Counted from the stretch's first letter, positions 6,129 through 15,162 are shown. The stretch: DNA of 17,599 nt from Candidatus Zixiibacteriota bacterium (GCA_041742355.1 JBGSIV010000061.1:1-17599); one strand, 5' to 3'. Numbers and translations: made by a program. Notes: a model not told the origin generated them from the letters alone.

Positions 6129-8360
6129 ATGAAGCGTTATGTACTGATGATCGCGGTTGCCCTGACCTTGTGCGCAGTGTCTGTCGGCGCCCAGACCGAC
6201 ACGACCGCGTTCGATCGCTACTCGTTGTGGCTGGGCGGCCACTACACGGATTTCAACGACTACGCCAAGAAGGTCGGGGAGTACCGCCTGATCGACGACA
6301 ACGTGTTCGGCGAATTTCGGCTCGACCTGCTGTCGCGCCGGGGGAGCACGCTGTTCTCGCTGAACGGCCACTTCTTTGACGAGAAGAATATCCTGGGGCA
6401 GGTGAATGTCACGACGGGGAACCGTCTGGCGGCCAGTTTCCAGTACCGGTCGCTGGTGCACCAGCTTGGCCAGGATCTGCTTTCGAACCTGGCTGCGCGG
6501 GAGGCGATCAACGGCGCTCCCGGCGGAAAGATGCTCACGCACGAAATTCTCGATCCGGGAGCGGATTACAACATCCACCGCCAGGAAGTGCTGAGCACGT
6601 TCGACGTGCTCCTGTCGGAGCGCGGCAACGTGCACATGGTGGCGGCGCACCGGATGATCCTGCGCGAGGGAACCGACCAGTCGCGTTCGGTGTCGCACTG
6701 CTTCAGCTGCCATGCGGAGTCCCGCACGCGCCAGGTGCAGAACACGACGCACAACCTGGAACTGGGACTTCAGGCGGATCTGACCGAGGACAAGACGATC
6801 GGCTACCGCTTCGGGTACCGCCAGTTCAAGTCCGACGCGCCGGACGCCTACGCGCCCTATGATGATGCCAAGCACCCGACGGCGATCACGAACGCCGGGA
6901 CGGAAGCGGAGTTCGACTCGCGGCAGGCGTACGAGGATACGACGCTGCGGGTGAATGCGCTGCCGCAGACGGAGAAGATGTCGCACCGGGTGCGGTTCAA
7001 GGGTAACCTGGGCAAGGGGCGGTTCTCGACGGCGCTCGGGTACGCTCGCACGGAGAACCAGGAGACCGACCTCTCGAGCGATGCGGTGACCGGGACAATC
7101 AACTACTCGCATCCGCTCGGCGATCAGACGCGGCTGGTGGCGAAAGTGTACGCGGCGCGGCAGGAGGCGGACGATCCGTTTATCGATCTGCCGACCTATC
7201 GCGCGGGTCGCCCCGGCGGAGCGGCCTTTGCGAACCTCGAGTTCGACTACACCCGTTACTCGGTGATCGACCGGACACATGCCCGGGCGACGGCCGAGGT
7301 GATCCACCGGCTCAACCCGCGGTGGACGGTGTCCGTGCTCGGCGGCTACGAGATGATCGACCGGGACGACTACCCGGTGGCCGATGACGGGCTGCAGACC
7401 AAGCGGTTTATCGGGCAAATCGGAGCCCGATTCCGTAAGGGCCTGAACTACAGCTCCAGGATGAAGTACCGTTTCGAGAAGACATCCGACCCGTTCGTGT
7501 CCGGACGCGGGCTCTTCGAGTATCCGGGCGTGGACAGCCTGGCCCGCGACTGGAACGGCACGGGCGCGACATTCGGGTTCATCTTCTACCACGATCGTGA
7601 AGACCTGCGGTATCAGGCGATCACGACCGAGCCGACCGATTTCCACCAGTTCGAGTGGAATTCCAACTGGCAGGCGACGCCGAAGGTCGGTCTTTCGATC
7701 GGGGTGCGCGGGTTCTACGACAAGAACTCCGATCTGGACAGCCTCGATGTGAGCCACTTCTCGTTCATCCCGAACCTGAATGTCAATCTGACGCCGTCGG
7801 ACAAGCTGGCGGCGACAGTCGGGTATACATACAATCACTATAAGTCAAGAGGGCCGGTCTCAGTCGCCCTCTTCGATGGCTGAGCTGGCCACCTCTTTGC
7901 GGACACCGTGAGTGTCCAAGGCTCGCCCTCGGATTCAGTGATTGCGCCGTTCCACTACGGTTCGGAATACCAGATGGTCGATTACACGACCAACACCCAT
8001 ACGTTCTACCTGAGCGCCGGCCTGGCGGCGACCGCGAAACTGCGGTTGAACGGGCTGGTGACTTACAATCTGGCGGAAGGCTCGCTTGAAGAAGGGATTC
8101 TGCCGGAAGAGGAGATCTTCTACAATGGGGTCCAGGTGCTGGCGCACCAGGATTTCTCGTTTGAGGAAATGTCCGAATACTCCAACCTTGACTACGAACT
8201 GCTGCGGATAGCGGCGGGGATGGAGTACCAGTTGACCCCGCAGATAATGCTGACGGTTGATGGGGAATTGGCCGATCTGACCGACAACGAAGGGTATGTT
8301 TTCGGGAACGAATCGGGTAGTTTCTACATGATCCGATCGGGATTCAGGTTCAATTTCTAG
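6129..8360 (+). CDS. Outer-membrane beta-barrel (MtrB-position porin) with one CXXCH and a probable selenocysteine at codon 585; 743 aa
   Basis: ORFs 6129-7883 and 7908-8360 share a frame and are separated only by TGA at 7881-7883 (ALFDG-U-AGHLFADTV). The signal peptide is only in part 1 and the C-terminal beta-signal GFRFNF only in part 2. Amphipathic beta-strand patterns occur in both parts; CFSCH at residues 191-195; SECIS-like hairpin follows the TGA. Confidence 0.8.
7884..7921 (+). promoter_or_regulatory. Putative bacterial SECIS element
   Basis: Stem GGACAC (7901-7906)/GTGTCC (7912-7917) with loop CGTGA containing GU, 23 nt after the UGA; extendable by CTT/AAG pairing. Confidence 0.65.
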
Positions 8361-8369
8361 GGTACTATG

Positions 8370-8409
8370 AGCCGGTCGGTCACAACCGTGACCGACCGGC
8401 TAACTGTTT
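8370..8409 (+). terminator. Strong hairpin after the porin gene (terminator or stability element)
   Basis: Perfect 14-bp stem AGCCGGTCGGTCAC-AACC-GTGACCGACCGGCT; only a weak U tract (AACTGTTT). Confidence 0.6.
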
Positions 8410-8514
8410 GTCAATACGTCGGTTAAGGTGACGGATTCTGTCCCCGACGGGACAAAAAAGACCGAAATGGTGCGTTTTGGGTGACATTTCGGTGATAATC
8501 TGATCCCTCTTATC

Positions 8515-8566
8515 TTGATTTTGCCCGACGCTTATGCTATGTTGCCGCATGTGAAATTTGTAACCA
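8515..8566 (+). promoter_or_regulatory. Sigma70 promoter with extended -10 and a weak Rex-like site over +1
   Basis: TTGATT (8515-8520), 17 nt, TATGTT (8538-8543) preceded by TG at 8535-8536. ATGTGAA-ATTT-GTAACCA at 8549-8566 matches Rex at 10/14. Confidence 0.5.
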
Positions 8567-8596
8567 ACACTGCTGCGGCAGCAATGATGAAATGGC

Positions 8597-10117
8597 ATGA
8601 ATAAGAATTCTCGCACAAAACGGACACTGTTCGGGCACCCACTGGCGGCTCTCGGCGGCGCGTTGGCGCTGGCCGGCGGGGCGCTGTTTATCATTCTGGT
8701 CCTGATTGATCTGAGCGCCGGCGACGAAAACATGTACCGGTCGCTGGTGGCGTTCGTGCTGGCGCCGGCCGTGATTTTGATCGGTGTCGTCATCTTCCTG
8801 ATTTCGGTGCGTATCCAGATCGGGAATGCGCGACGGGCGGGGGAGGATGTCAGTTTCACCCTGTCGATCGATCCGGCCGACGCGAAGTACGTTCGCAACC
8901 TCTGGCTGTTTCTGGGGTTCACGGCGGTGCTCGTACTGGTGGTGGTATTCGCCGGGACCGAGGCCTACGAGGCCACCGAGTCGGTGACGTTCTGCGGGGA
9001 GACCTGCCACACGGTGATGGAGCCGCAGTATGTGACATACCATAACTCGCCGCACGCCAAGGTGCCGTGCGCGGAGTGCCATATCGGCCCCGGGGCGTCG
9101 TTCTGGGTCAAGTCGAAGATCGACGGCATGCGGCAGGTGTGGGCGACCATGTTCACGACCTACGAGCGCCCGATCGAGACGCCGATTGTGAACCTGCGCC
9201 CGGCGCGGGAAACCTGCGAGCATTGCCACTGGCCGCAGCAGTTCTACGGCGACAAGCTGATCACGCGGACCTACTACCGGACGGACGAGGCGAACTCGCC
9301 GTGGACGATCAGCCTTCGGGTGAAGATCGGCGGCGGGAATCCGAAGGAGTCGGGCTCGCTGGAGGGGATCCACTACCACATGTTGTCGGAGCGGAGCCTT
9401 GAGTATATCGCGACCGACGACAAGCGCCAGACGATCGCCTGGGTGCGGGCGGTGGATTTGAACGGCGACACCACGGTGTATGTCAACCAGGAGGTCGAAA
9501 CGCCGGATCTGTCAAACCCTGAGGTGGAGGTGCGGATGTTCGACTGCATGGATTGCCACAACCGGCCGTCGCACCAGTTCACGCCGCCGGCGACCGCGGT
9601 CAACCGGGCACTGCGGGCGGGGGAGATCTCGACACGGCTGCCGTATATCCGCCAGGTGGGTGTCGATCTGCTCAATGCCCAGTATGCGACGAAGGATTCG
9701 GCGCTGGCGGCGATCGAAACCGGACTGGCAAGCTACTACGAAGAAAATTACACGGGTCTTACGGACTCGTTGCGCGACGAACTCAACCGGGCATCAACAG
9801 TCCTCCAGCAAATCTACAGTCAGAATTTCTTTCCGGAGATGAACACCGATTACCGGGTTCGGGAGAATCACCTGAGCCACTTTGTCAACGACGGCTGCTT
9901 CCGGTGCCACAATACCTCGATGGTGAGCGCCGAAGGGAAGACGATTGCCAACGACTGCCAGACGTGCCACTATATCGTGGCTCAGGGGCCGTCGGCGGAG
10001 ATCGACAGCCTGCAGACGAGCCTGGCCGGGCTTGGGTTTGTGCATCCGGAAGAGATCGATGATGCGTGGAAGGAAGTGAACTGCACCGCCTGCCATACCT
10101 CGGATCAAGGGTATTGA
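8597..10117 (+). CDS. Membrane-anchored NapC/NirT-domain multiheme cytochrome c (6 CXXCH + 1 CX3CH)
   Basis: Three N-terminal TM helices; TESVTFCGETCHTVMEPQY...SPHAKVPCAECHI...KSKIDG is NapC/NirT-like; further motifs CEHCH, CMDCH, CFRCH, CQTCH, CTACH. Confidence 0.9.
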   Translation: MNKNSRTKRTLFGHPLAALGGALALAGGALFIILVLIDLSAGDENMYRSLVAFVLAPAVILIGVVIFLISVRIQIGNARRAGEDVSFTLSIDPADAKYVRNLWLFLGFTAVLVLVVVFAGTEAYEATESVTFCGETCHTVMEPQYVTYHNSPHAKVPCAECHIGPGASFWVKSKIDGMRQVWATMFTTYERPIETPIVNLRPARETCEHCHWPQQFYGDKLITRTYYRTDEANSPWTISLRVKIGGGNPKESGSLEGIHYHMLSERSLEYIATDDKRQTIAWVRAVDLNGDTTVYVNQEVETPDLSNPEVEVRMFDCMDCHNRPSHQFTPPATAVNRALRAGEISTRLPYIRQVGVDLLNAQYATKDSALAAIETGLASYYEENYTGLTDSLRDELNRASTVLQQIYSQNFFPEMNTDYRVRENHLSHFVNDGCFRCHNTSMVSAEGKTIANDCQTCHYIVAQGPSAEIDSLQTSLAGLGFVHPEEIDDAWKEVNCTACHTSDQGY

Positions 10118-10133
10118 GCCGGCCGCAAGAGAT

Positions 10134-13046
10134 ATGAAGCACCGAGCGATTTTGCTGCTGCTGGCCGGAGTGCTCCTGGCGCTGCCGGTCCTGGCCCAGG
10201 ATAACGAGACCTGCCTCATGTGCCACGCCGACGAGAGCCTGACGGGCACGAGGGCGGGTGCGGAGGTGTCGATGCACGTGGCCGAAGGAGTGCTGACGGG
10301 CACGGTGCACGAGGGGCTCGAATGCATTTCCTGCCACGCTGATCTCGACGGGGTCGAGGATTTCCCCCATGCCGAGGATCTGCAGCCGGTTGACTGCGGG
10401 ATGTGCCATGAAGCCGGCGCGGCGCTGGCTAAGAGCGTGCATGGACCGATCGCACAGTGTTGGGACTGCCACGGCAACCACCGAATTCTTTCGCCGACCG
10501 ACTCCGACCCGGGCGGCGACGGTGTGCATTGCGGTTCATGCCATGATGATATTGCGAAGATCTACGCCGGGTCGCTGCACGGCAAGCTGGTACACGAGGG
10601 AGCCGAACTGGCGCCGCGCTGCTGGGACTGCCACAGCGGACACGAAGTGTTGCCGGCGGACAACCCGAAGTCGCAGGTGACGAAGTTCAACATTCCCTTC
10701 ATGTGCGGCGAGTGCCACAAGGAGGGGACGCCGGTCACGCAGCGGTACGATGTGCCGCAGGACAGCATTCTCGAGCACTACTCCGAGTCGATCCACGGGA
10801 TCGGCCTGTTCAAACAGGGGCTGACTGTGACGGCGGTGTGTTCCAACTGCCACACGGCCCACAATGTTCGTGATCACATGGATCCGCAATCGAGCATTCA
10901 CCGGGATAACATCGCCGCGACGTGCCGTCAGTGCCACGGCCGTATTGAGGAAGTGCACCAGAAGGTGATCCGGGGCGAGCTGTGGGAAAAGGAGCCGGGG
11001 AACGTGCCCGTGTGTGTCGACTGCCATTCGCCGCACGAGATCCGGCGGGTGAGTTATGAAGAGGGAATGTCGGACCGGGAGTGCCTGGCCTGCCACGGGA
11101 AGAAGAACCTGACGATGGTGCGGGGCGGGGAGACGATTTCGATCTATGTCGATTCGCTCGAGGCGCACAGCTCGGTGCACCGAGGGACATCGTGCGCGCA
11201 GTGTCACACCGGGGTGACGCCGAATCACAAGGAGCGTCCGTGCGCGACGGTGGTCAACCGGGTCGACTGCTCGGTGTGCCATGCGGAAGTGGTGACTGTA
11301 TACAAGGAGAGCACGCACGGGGTACTGGCCGACAAGGGGGATCCGGAAGCGCCGGAGTGTGTCGACTGCCACGGCGTGCACGGGGTGCTGGATCGCCGGA
11401 ATCCGAAGTCGAGGACATTCCCGACCAACGTGCCGAAGCTCTGCGCGCAGTGCCACCAGGCGGGTGGGGCGGCGGCGAAGCGGATCAACGAGAATCACGA
11501 GCGTATCGACGAGTATGTCGAGAGTATCCACGGCAAGGGGTTGCTTGAGAGCGGGCTGGTGACGACGGCGATGTGCACGAGCTGCCACACGGCGCACCAC
11601 GTGCTGCCGCAGACCGATCCGCGGTCGAGCGTGAACCGGGCCAATATTCCCAAAACGTGCGCGACCTGCCACAACGGCATATACGAAAAGTTTGAGCAGA
11701 GCGTGCACTCGGCGGCGGTGACTGAGACGGACAAGAAGCTGCCGACGTGTTACGACTGCCACCAGTCGCACCAGATCACACGGGCCGACCAGGCGAATTT
11801 CCGCCTGACGGTGCGCAAGCAGTGCGGCGAGTGCCACGAGGATGTGACCGAATCTTACTTTGAGACGGTGCACGGCAAGGTGTCGGATCTGGGCGGGGTG
11901 GCGGCGGCGCAGTGCTACGACTGCCACGGTTCGCACGACATCCTGCCGCCGAGCGATCCGACCTCGCACCTGGCGCGGGAGAATATCGTGGAGACGTGCG
12001 GACAGTGCCACAAGGGATCGCACCGCCAGTTCGCGGGCTACCTGACGCACGCCACGCACCACGACCGGACGAAGTACCCGATCCTGTTCTACGCCTTCTG
12101 GTTCATGACGACGCTGCTGGTGGGGACACTGCTGGTGGCGGGGGCGCACACGATTATGTGGCTGCCGAAGTCGTGGCAGATGATGAAAGAGCACAAGCAG
12201 CTCCGCAGGCAGTACAAGGGGAGCATGGAGTACCGCCGGTTCAAGCCGCTGCACAGCAAGCTGCACATCATGGTGGTGACGAGCTTCCTGGCGCTGGCGG
12301 TCACGGGGATGGTGCTGAAGTTCTCGTACCTCGGCTGGGCGCAGTGGATCAGCGAAGCGCTCGGCGGGTTCGAGTCGACCAGCTACATTCACCGGCTGGC
12401 GGCGATTGTGACGTTTGCCTATTTCGGGATTCACATCTGGGATCTGATTCAGCAGAAGCGGCGAGAACGCAAGACCTGGCGCGAGTTCCTGCTGGACAAG
12501 AATTCGATGCTGCCGAACATGAACGATCTGCGGGAGTTCGGGGCCACGATCAAGTGGTTCCTGGGCAAGGGGGAACGGCCCCGCTACGGGCGCTGGACGT
12601 ACTGGGAGAAGTTCGACTACTTCGCGGTGTTCTGGGGGGTGGCGATCATCGGGACGACCGGGCTGATGCTCTGGTTCCCCGAGATCTTCACACGGCTGCT
12701 GCCGGGCTGGGTGATCAATGTCGCCCAGATCGTGCACTCCGATGAAGCGCTGCTGGCGGTGGCGTTCATCTTCACCGTGCACTTCTTCAACACGCACTTC
12801 CGCCCGGACAAATTCCCGATGGATACGGTGATTTTCACCGGCCGGGTGCCGGTCGAGGAGCTCAAGAATGACCGCCCGGGCGAGTACGAGGAACTGCTGG
12901 CGTCGCGGAAGATCAAGGATCACCTGGTCGAGCCGCTGCCGCCGGTGATGGTGCGGACGGCGAAGATATTCGGGACGGTGGCCCTGACGATCGGGATAAT
13001 CCTAATTCTGCTCATCATTTACGCGGAGATATTCGGGTACCGTTGA
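10134..13046 (+). CDS. CbcL-like fusion: 21-CXXCH periplasmic multiheme c domain plus C-terminal FdnI/HydC-type cytochrome b
   Basis: Signal peptide; 21 CXXCH counted by hand; membrane domain with KLHIMVV, YIHRLAA, GRWTYWEKFDYFAVFWG, IVHSDEALLA...TVHFFNTH. Confidence 0.9.
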   Translation: MKHRAILLLLAGVLLALPVLAQDNETCLMCHADESLTGTRAGAEVSMHVAEGVLTGTVHEGLECISCHADLDGVEDFPHAEDLQPVDCGMCHEAGAALAKSVHGPIAQCWDCHGNHRILSPTDSDPGGDGVHCGSCHDDIAKIYAGSLHGKLVHEGAELAPRCWDCHSGHEVLPADNPKSQVTKFNIPFMCGECHKEGTPVTQRYDVPQDSILEHYSESIHGIGLFKQGLTVTAVCSNCHTAHNVRDHMDPQSSIHRDNIAATCRQCHGRIEEVHQKVIRGELWEKEPGNVPVCVDCHSPHEIRRVSYEEGMSDRECLACHGKKNLTMVRGGETISIYVDSLEAHSSVHRGTSCAQCHTGVTPNHKERPCATVVNRVDCSVCHAEVVTVYKESTHGVLADKGDPEAPECVDCHGVHGVLDRRNPKSRTFPTNVPKLCAQCHQAGGAAAKRINENHERIDEYVESIHGKGLLESGLVTTAMCTSCHTAHHVLPQTDPRSSVNRANIPKTCATCHNGIYEKFEQSVHSAAVTETDKKLPTCYDCHQSHQITRADQANFRLTVRKQCGECHEDVTESYFETVHGKVSDLGGVAAAQCYDCHGSHDILPPSDPTSHLARENIVETCGQCHKGSHRQFAGYLTHATHHDRTKYPILFYAFWFMTTLLVGTLLVAGAHTIMWLPKSWQMMKEHKQLRRQYKGSMEYRRFKPLHSKLHIMVVTSFLALAVTGMVLKFSYLGWAQWISEALGGFESTSYIHRLAAIVTFAYFGIHIWDLIQQKRRERKTWREFLLDKNSMLPNMNDLREFGATIKWFLGKGERPRYGRWTYWEKFDYFAVFWGVAIIGTTGLMLWFPEIFTRLLPGWVINVAQIVHSDEALLAVAFIFTVHFFNTHFRPDKFPMDTVIFTGRVPVEELKNDRPGEYEELLASRKIKDHLVEPLPPVMVRTAKIFGTVALTIGIILILLIIYAEIFGYR

Positions 13047-13085
13047 TTTTCCGCTTGGAGATAGTAGAGTAATGAATATATTACT

Positions 13086-13103
13086 TCGTGAAATATATCA
13101 CAA
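13086..13103. promoter_or_regulatory. Rex-type operator upstream of the second CbcL-like gene
   Basis: TCGTGAA-ATAT-ATCACAA (12/14) in an AT-rich 78-nt spacer, downstream of a candidate promoter TTGATT (13043-13048), 16 nt, TAGAGT (13065-13070). Confidence 0.6.
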
Positions 13104-13124
13104 AATAGATCTGAGAGGTCGAAT

Positions 13125-15095
13125 ATGATGTACGGAAGCGGCGGATGGCGGAAAGCCCTGGGACTGGTGGTCCTGGCGTCTATTCTGCTGACGCCGGCGG
13201 TTTTCGCCCAGGATGACAACGAGACCTGCCTTTCCTGCCACTCGGATGAGAGCCTGACGGGTTTGGATCATGCGGGCAAGGAGGTTCCGATGTTCGCAAC
13301 CCAGGCGTCGCTCGATTCCTCGGTGCACGCCGGGTTCACCTGTGTGGACTGCCATACCGATCTGGCGGGCGGCTCGGAATACCCCCATGCCGATTCGCTG
13401 GCGCCGGTGGATTGCGGGACCTGCCACAGTGATGTCGCCGAGCTGTACCTTTCGTCGGCGCACTTCAACGCGCACAACCCGAGAGCGGCGACCTGTGCCT
13501 CGTGCCACAACCATCACAATATTCTTTCGGATTCGAATCCGGAGGCGTGGACCTCGGCGGGAAAGCTGCCTTATACGTGCAGTAACTGCCACAGCGAGCA
13601 GACGCTGAAGGATGATCCGGATATCAGGCTGGCCGATTCGTTCGACCGCTACATGCGGGGAATTCACGCGCGTGGAATTCAAAAGGGGATCGGCTCCGCG
13701 GCCTCGTGCAACGACTGTCACGGGATGCACGACTTGAAAAAAGCCTCAGATCCGGGGTCCCTCGTGCACAAGATGAACATCCCGAAGACCTGTTCGAAGT
13801 GCCACAACGATATCTATATCCAGTACGCGCGCGGGATTCACGGCAAGGCGCTGGCGGCGGGCATTCTGGATTCGCCGAACTGCTCGGACTGCCACGGCGA
13901 ACATGAGATTCTCGAGATCAACAAGGAAGGTTCGCCGGTCAACCACGCGAACCTCGCCGACTATGTGTGCGGCAAGTGCCACCAGGACCCGCAGATGGTG
14001 GAGAAGTACGGTTTGAGCGAGCGGCAGTTCACGTCGTACCAGGATTCGTACCACGGGTTGGCGGTGCGCGGCGGGTCGCTCAAGGCGGCGACCTGCGTGT
14101 CGTGCCACGAGGCCCACGCAATCCTGCCGCAGTCGAACATAGCCTCGTCGATTCACCCGGACAACGTGACAACGACCTGCCAGCAGTGCCATCCACAGGC
14201 GAACGCCGAATTCGCGCAGAGCTATACCCACGCGGTGTATGCGGCGGGCGGCGAAAACAAGCTCGACAACATCGTAGAGACGGTGTACATCTGGCTGATC
14301 GTGCTCACGATCGGCGGGATGCTCCTGCACAACCTGATCATTGTCGGACGGTTTGTGGTCGAGAAGCAGCGGAAGATGAAGGGCCAGCCGACCGTGCAGC
14401 GGTTCACCGGGGCGATGATCTACCAGCACATGGTGGTGACGATCACGTTCATCACGCTGGTGCTGACCGGGTTCGCCCTGCGGTATCCGGATGCCTGGTG
14501 GGTGGCGATGTTGAATTTCCTGCGTATCGACGAAGGTGTGCGCGGAACGCTTCACCGGATCGCGGCCGTGCTCCTGTGCTACATCGCGCTGCACCACGGC
14601 CTGTACCTGTTCCTCTTCCGCAAGGGGCGGACGGAACTGAAGGCGATCTGGTTCACCATGAAAGACCTGAAGGACATGGTCCAGAATGTCAAGTACCACC
14701 TCGGCATGACCAAGGAGAAGCCGCGTTTCGGACGGTTCGACTACACCGAAAAGGCCGAGTACTGGGCGCTGGTGTGGGGTACAGTGGTGATGGCCCTGAC
14801 CGGGTTCGTCCTGTGGTTCCCGACCTTCTGGACGCAGTTCCTGCCGTCGTGGGTGGTGAAAGTCTCCGAGACGATTCACCTCTACGAAGCGTGGCTGGCG
14901 ACACTGGCGATTGTCGTCTTCCACTTCTTCTTCGTGATTTTCCATCCGGAGCAGTACCCGATGTCGTTTACCTGGCTAACGGGTAAGATGACGGTGAAGG
15001 AGTGCGAGGAGCACCATCCGGAGTGGTATGAGAATCTGAAGAAGGAGCCGGACGGCGTGCAGGCGCCGGAGGACAAGCCGAAGTCGGCGGTGTAA
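13125..15095 (+). CDS. CbcL-like fusion: 11-CXXCH multiheme c domain plus FdnI/HydC-type cytochrome b
   Basis: Signal peptide; 11 CXXCH; membrane domain with YQHMVV, LHRIAA, GRFDYTEKAEYWALVWG, IHLYEAWLA...FHFF. Paralogue of the upstream gene (both mature starts read QD(D)NETCL.CH.DESLTG). Confidence 0.92.
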   Translation: MMYGSGGWRKALGLVVLASILLTPAVFAQDDNETCLSCHSDESLTGLDHAGKEVPMFATQASLDSSVHAGFTCVDCHTDLAGGSEYPHADSLAPVDCGTCHSDVAELYLSSAHFNAHNPRAATCASCHNHHNILSDSNPEAWTSAGKLPYTCSNCHSEQTLKDDPDIRLADSFDRYMRGIHARGIQKGIGSAASCNDCHGMHDLKKASDPGSLVHKMNIPKTCSKCHNDIYIQYARGIHGKALAAGILDSPNCSDCHGEHEILEINKEGSPVNHANLADYVCGKCHQDPQMVEKYGLSERQFTSYQDSYHGLAVRGGSLKAATCVSCHEAHAILPQSNIASSIHPDNVTTTCQQCHPQANAEFAQSYTHAVYAAGGENKLDNIVETVYIWLIVLTIGGMLLHNLIIVGRFVVEKQRKMKGQPTVQRFTGAMIYQHMVVTITFITLVLTGFALRYPDAWWVAMLNFLRIDEGVRGTLHRIAAVLLCYIALHHGLYLFLFRKGRTELKAIWFTMKDLKDMVQNVKYHLGMTKEKPRFGRFDYTEKAEYWALVWGTVVMALTGFVLWFPTFWTQFLPSWVVKVSETIHLYEAWLATLAIVVFHFFFVIFHPEQYPMSFTWLTGKMTVKECEEHHPEWYENLKKEPDGVQAPEDKPKSAV

Positions 15096-15125
15096 CATTT
15101 GACGCCACGACGCACTAGCTCAGAG

Positions 15126-15162
15126 AGAACCGGATTCCTGCGGGATCCGGTTCTTCTTTTTT
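15126..15162 (+). terminator. Rho-independent terminator
   Basis: AGAACCGGATTCC-TGC-GGGATCCGGTTCT stem followed by TCTTTTTT. Confidence 0.8.

Noticed and set aside
7881..7883. Genome-wide TGA reassignment (code 4 or 25)
   Set aside because: TGA ends complete genes at 10117, 13046 and 17185, Trp is encoded by TGG, and no other long gene contains an internal TGA.
7908..8360. 150-aa ORF as an independent gene
   Set aside because: In frame with the upstream barrel, no SD, no signal peptide despite an OMP C-terminal signal, and the GTG lies in the SECIS-like loop.
5268..14945. Long antisense ORFs (5268-6083, 6090-7838, 8537-9379, 10536-12923, 13746-14945)
   Set aside because: Antisense shadows of GC-rich genes, rich in R/V/H/P and without motifs.
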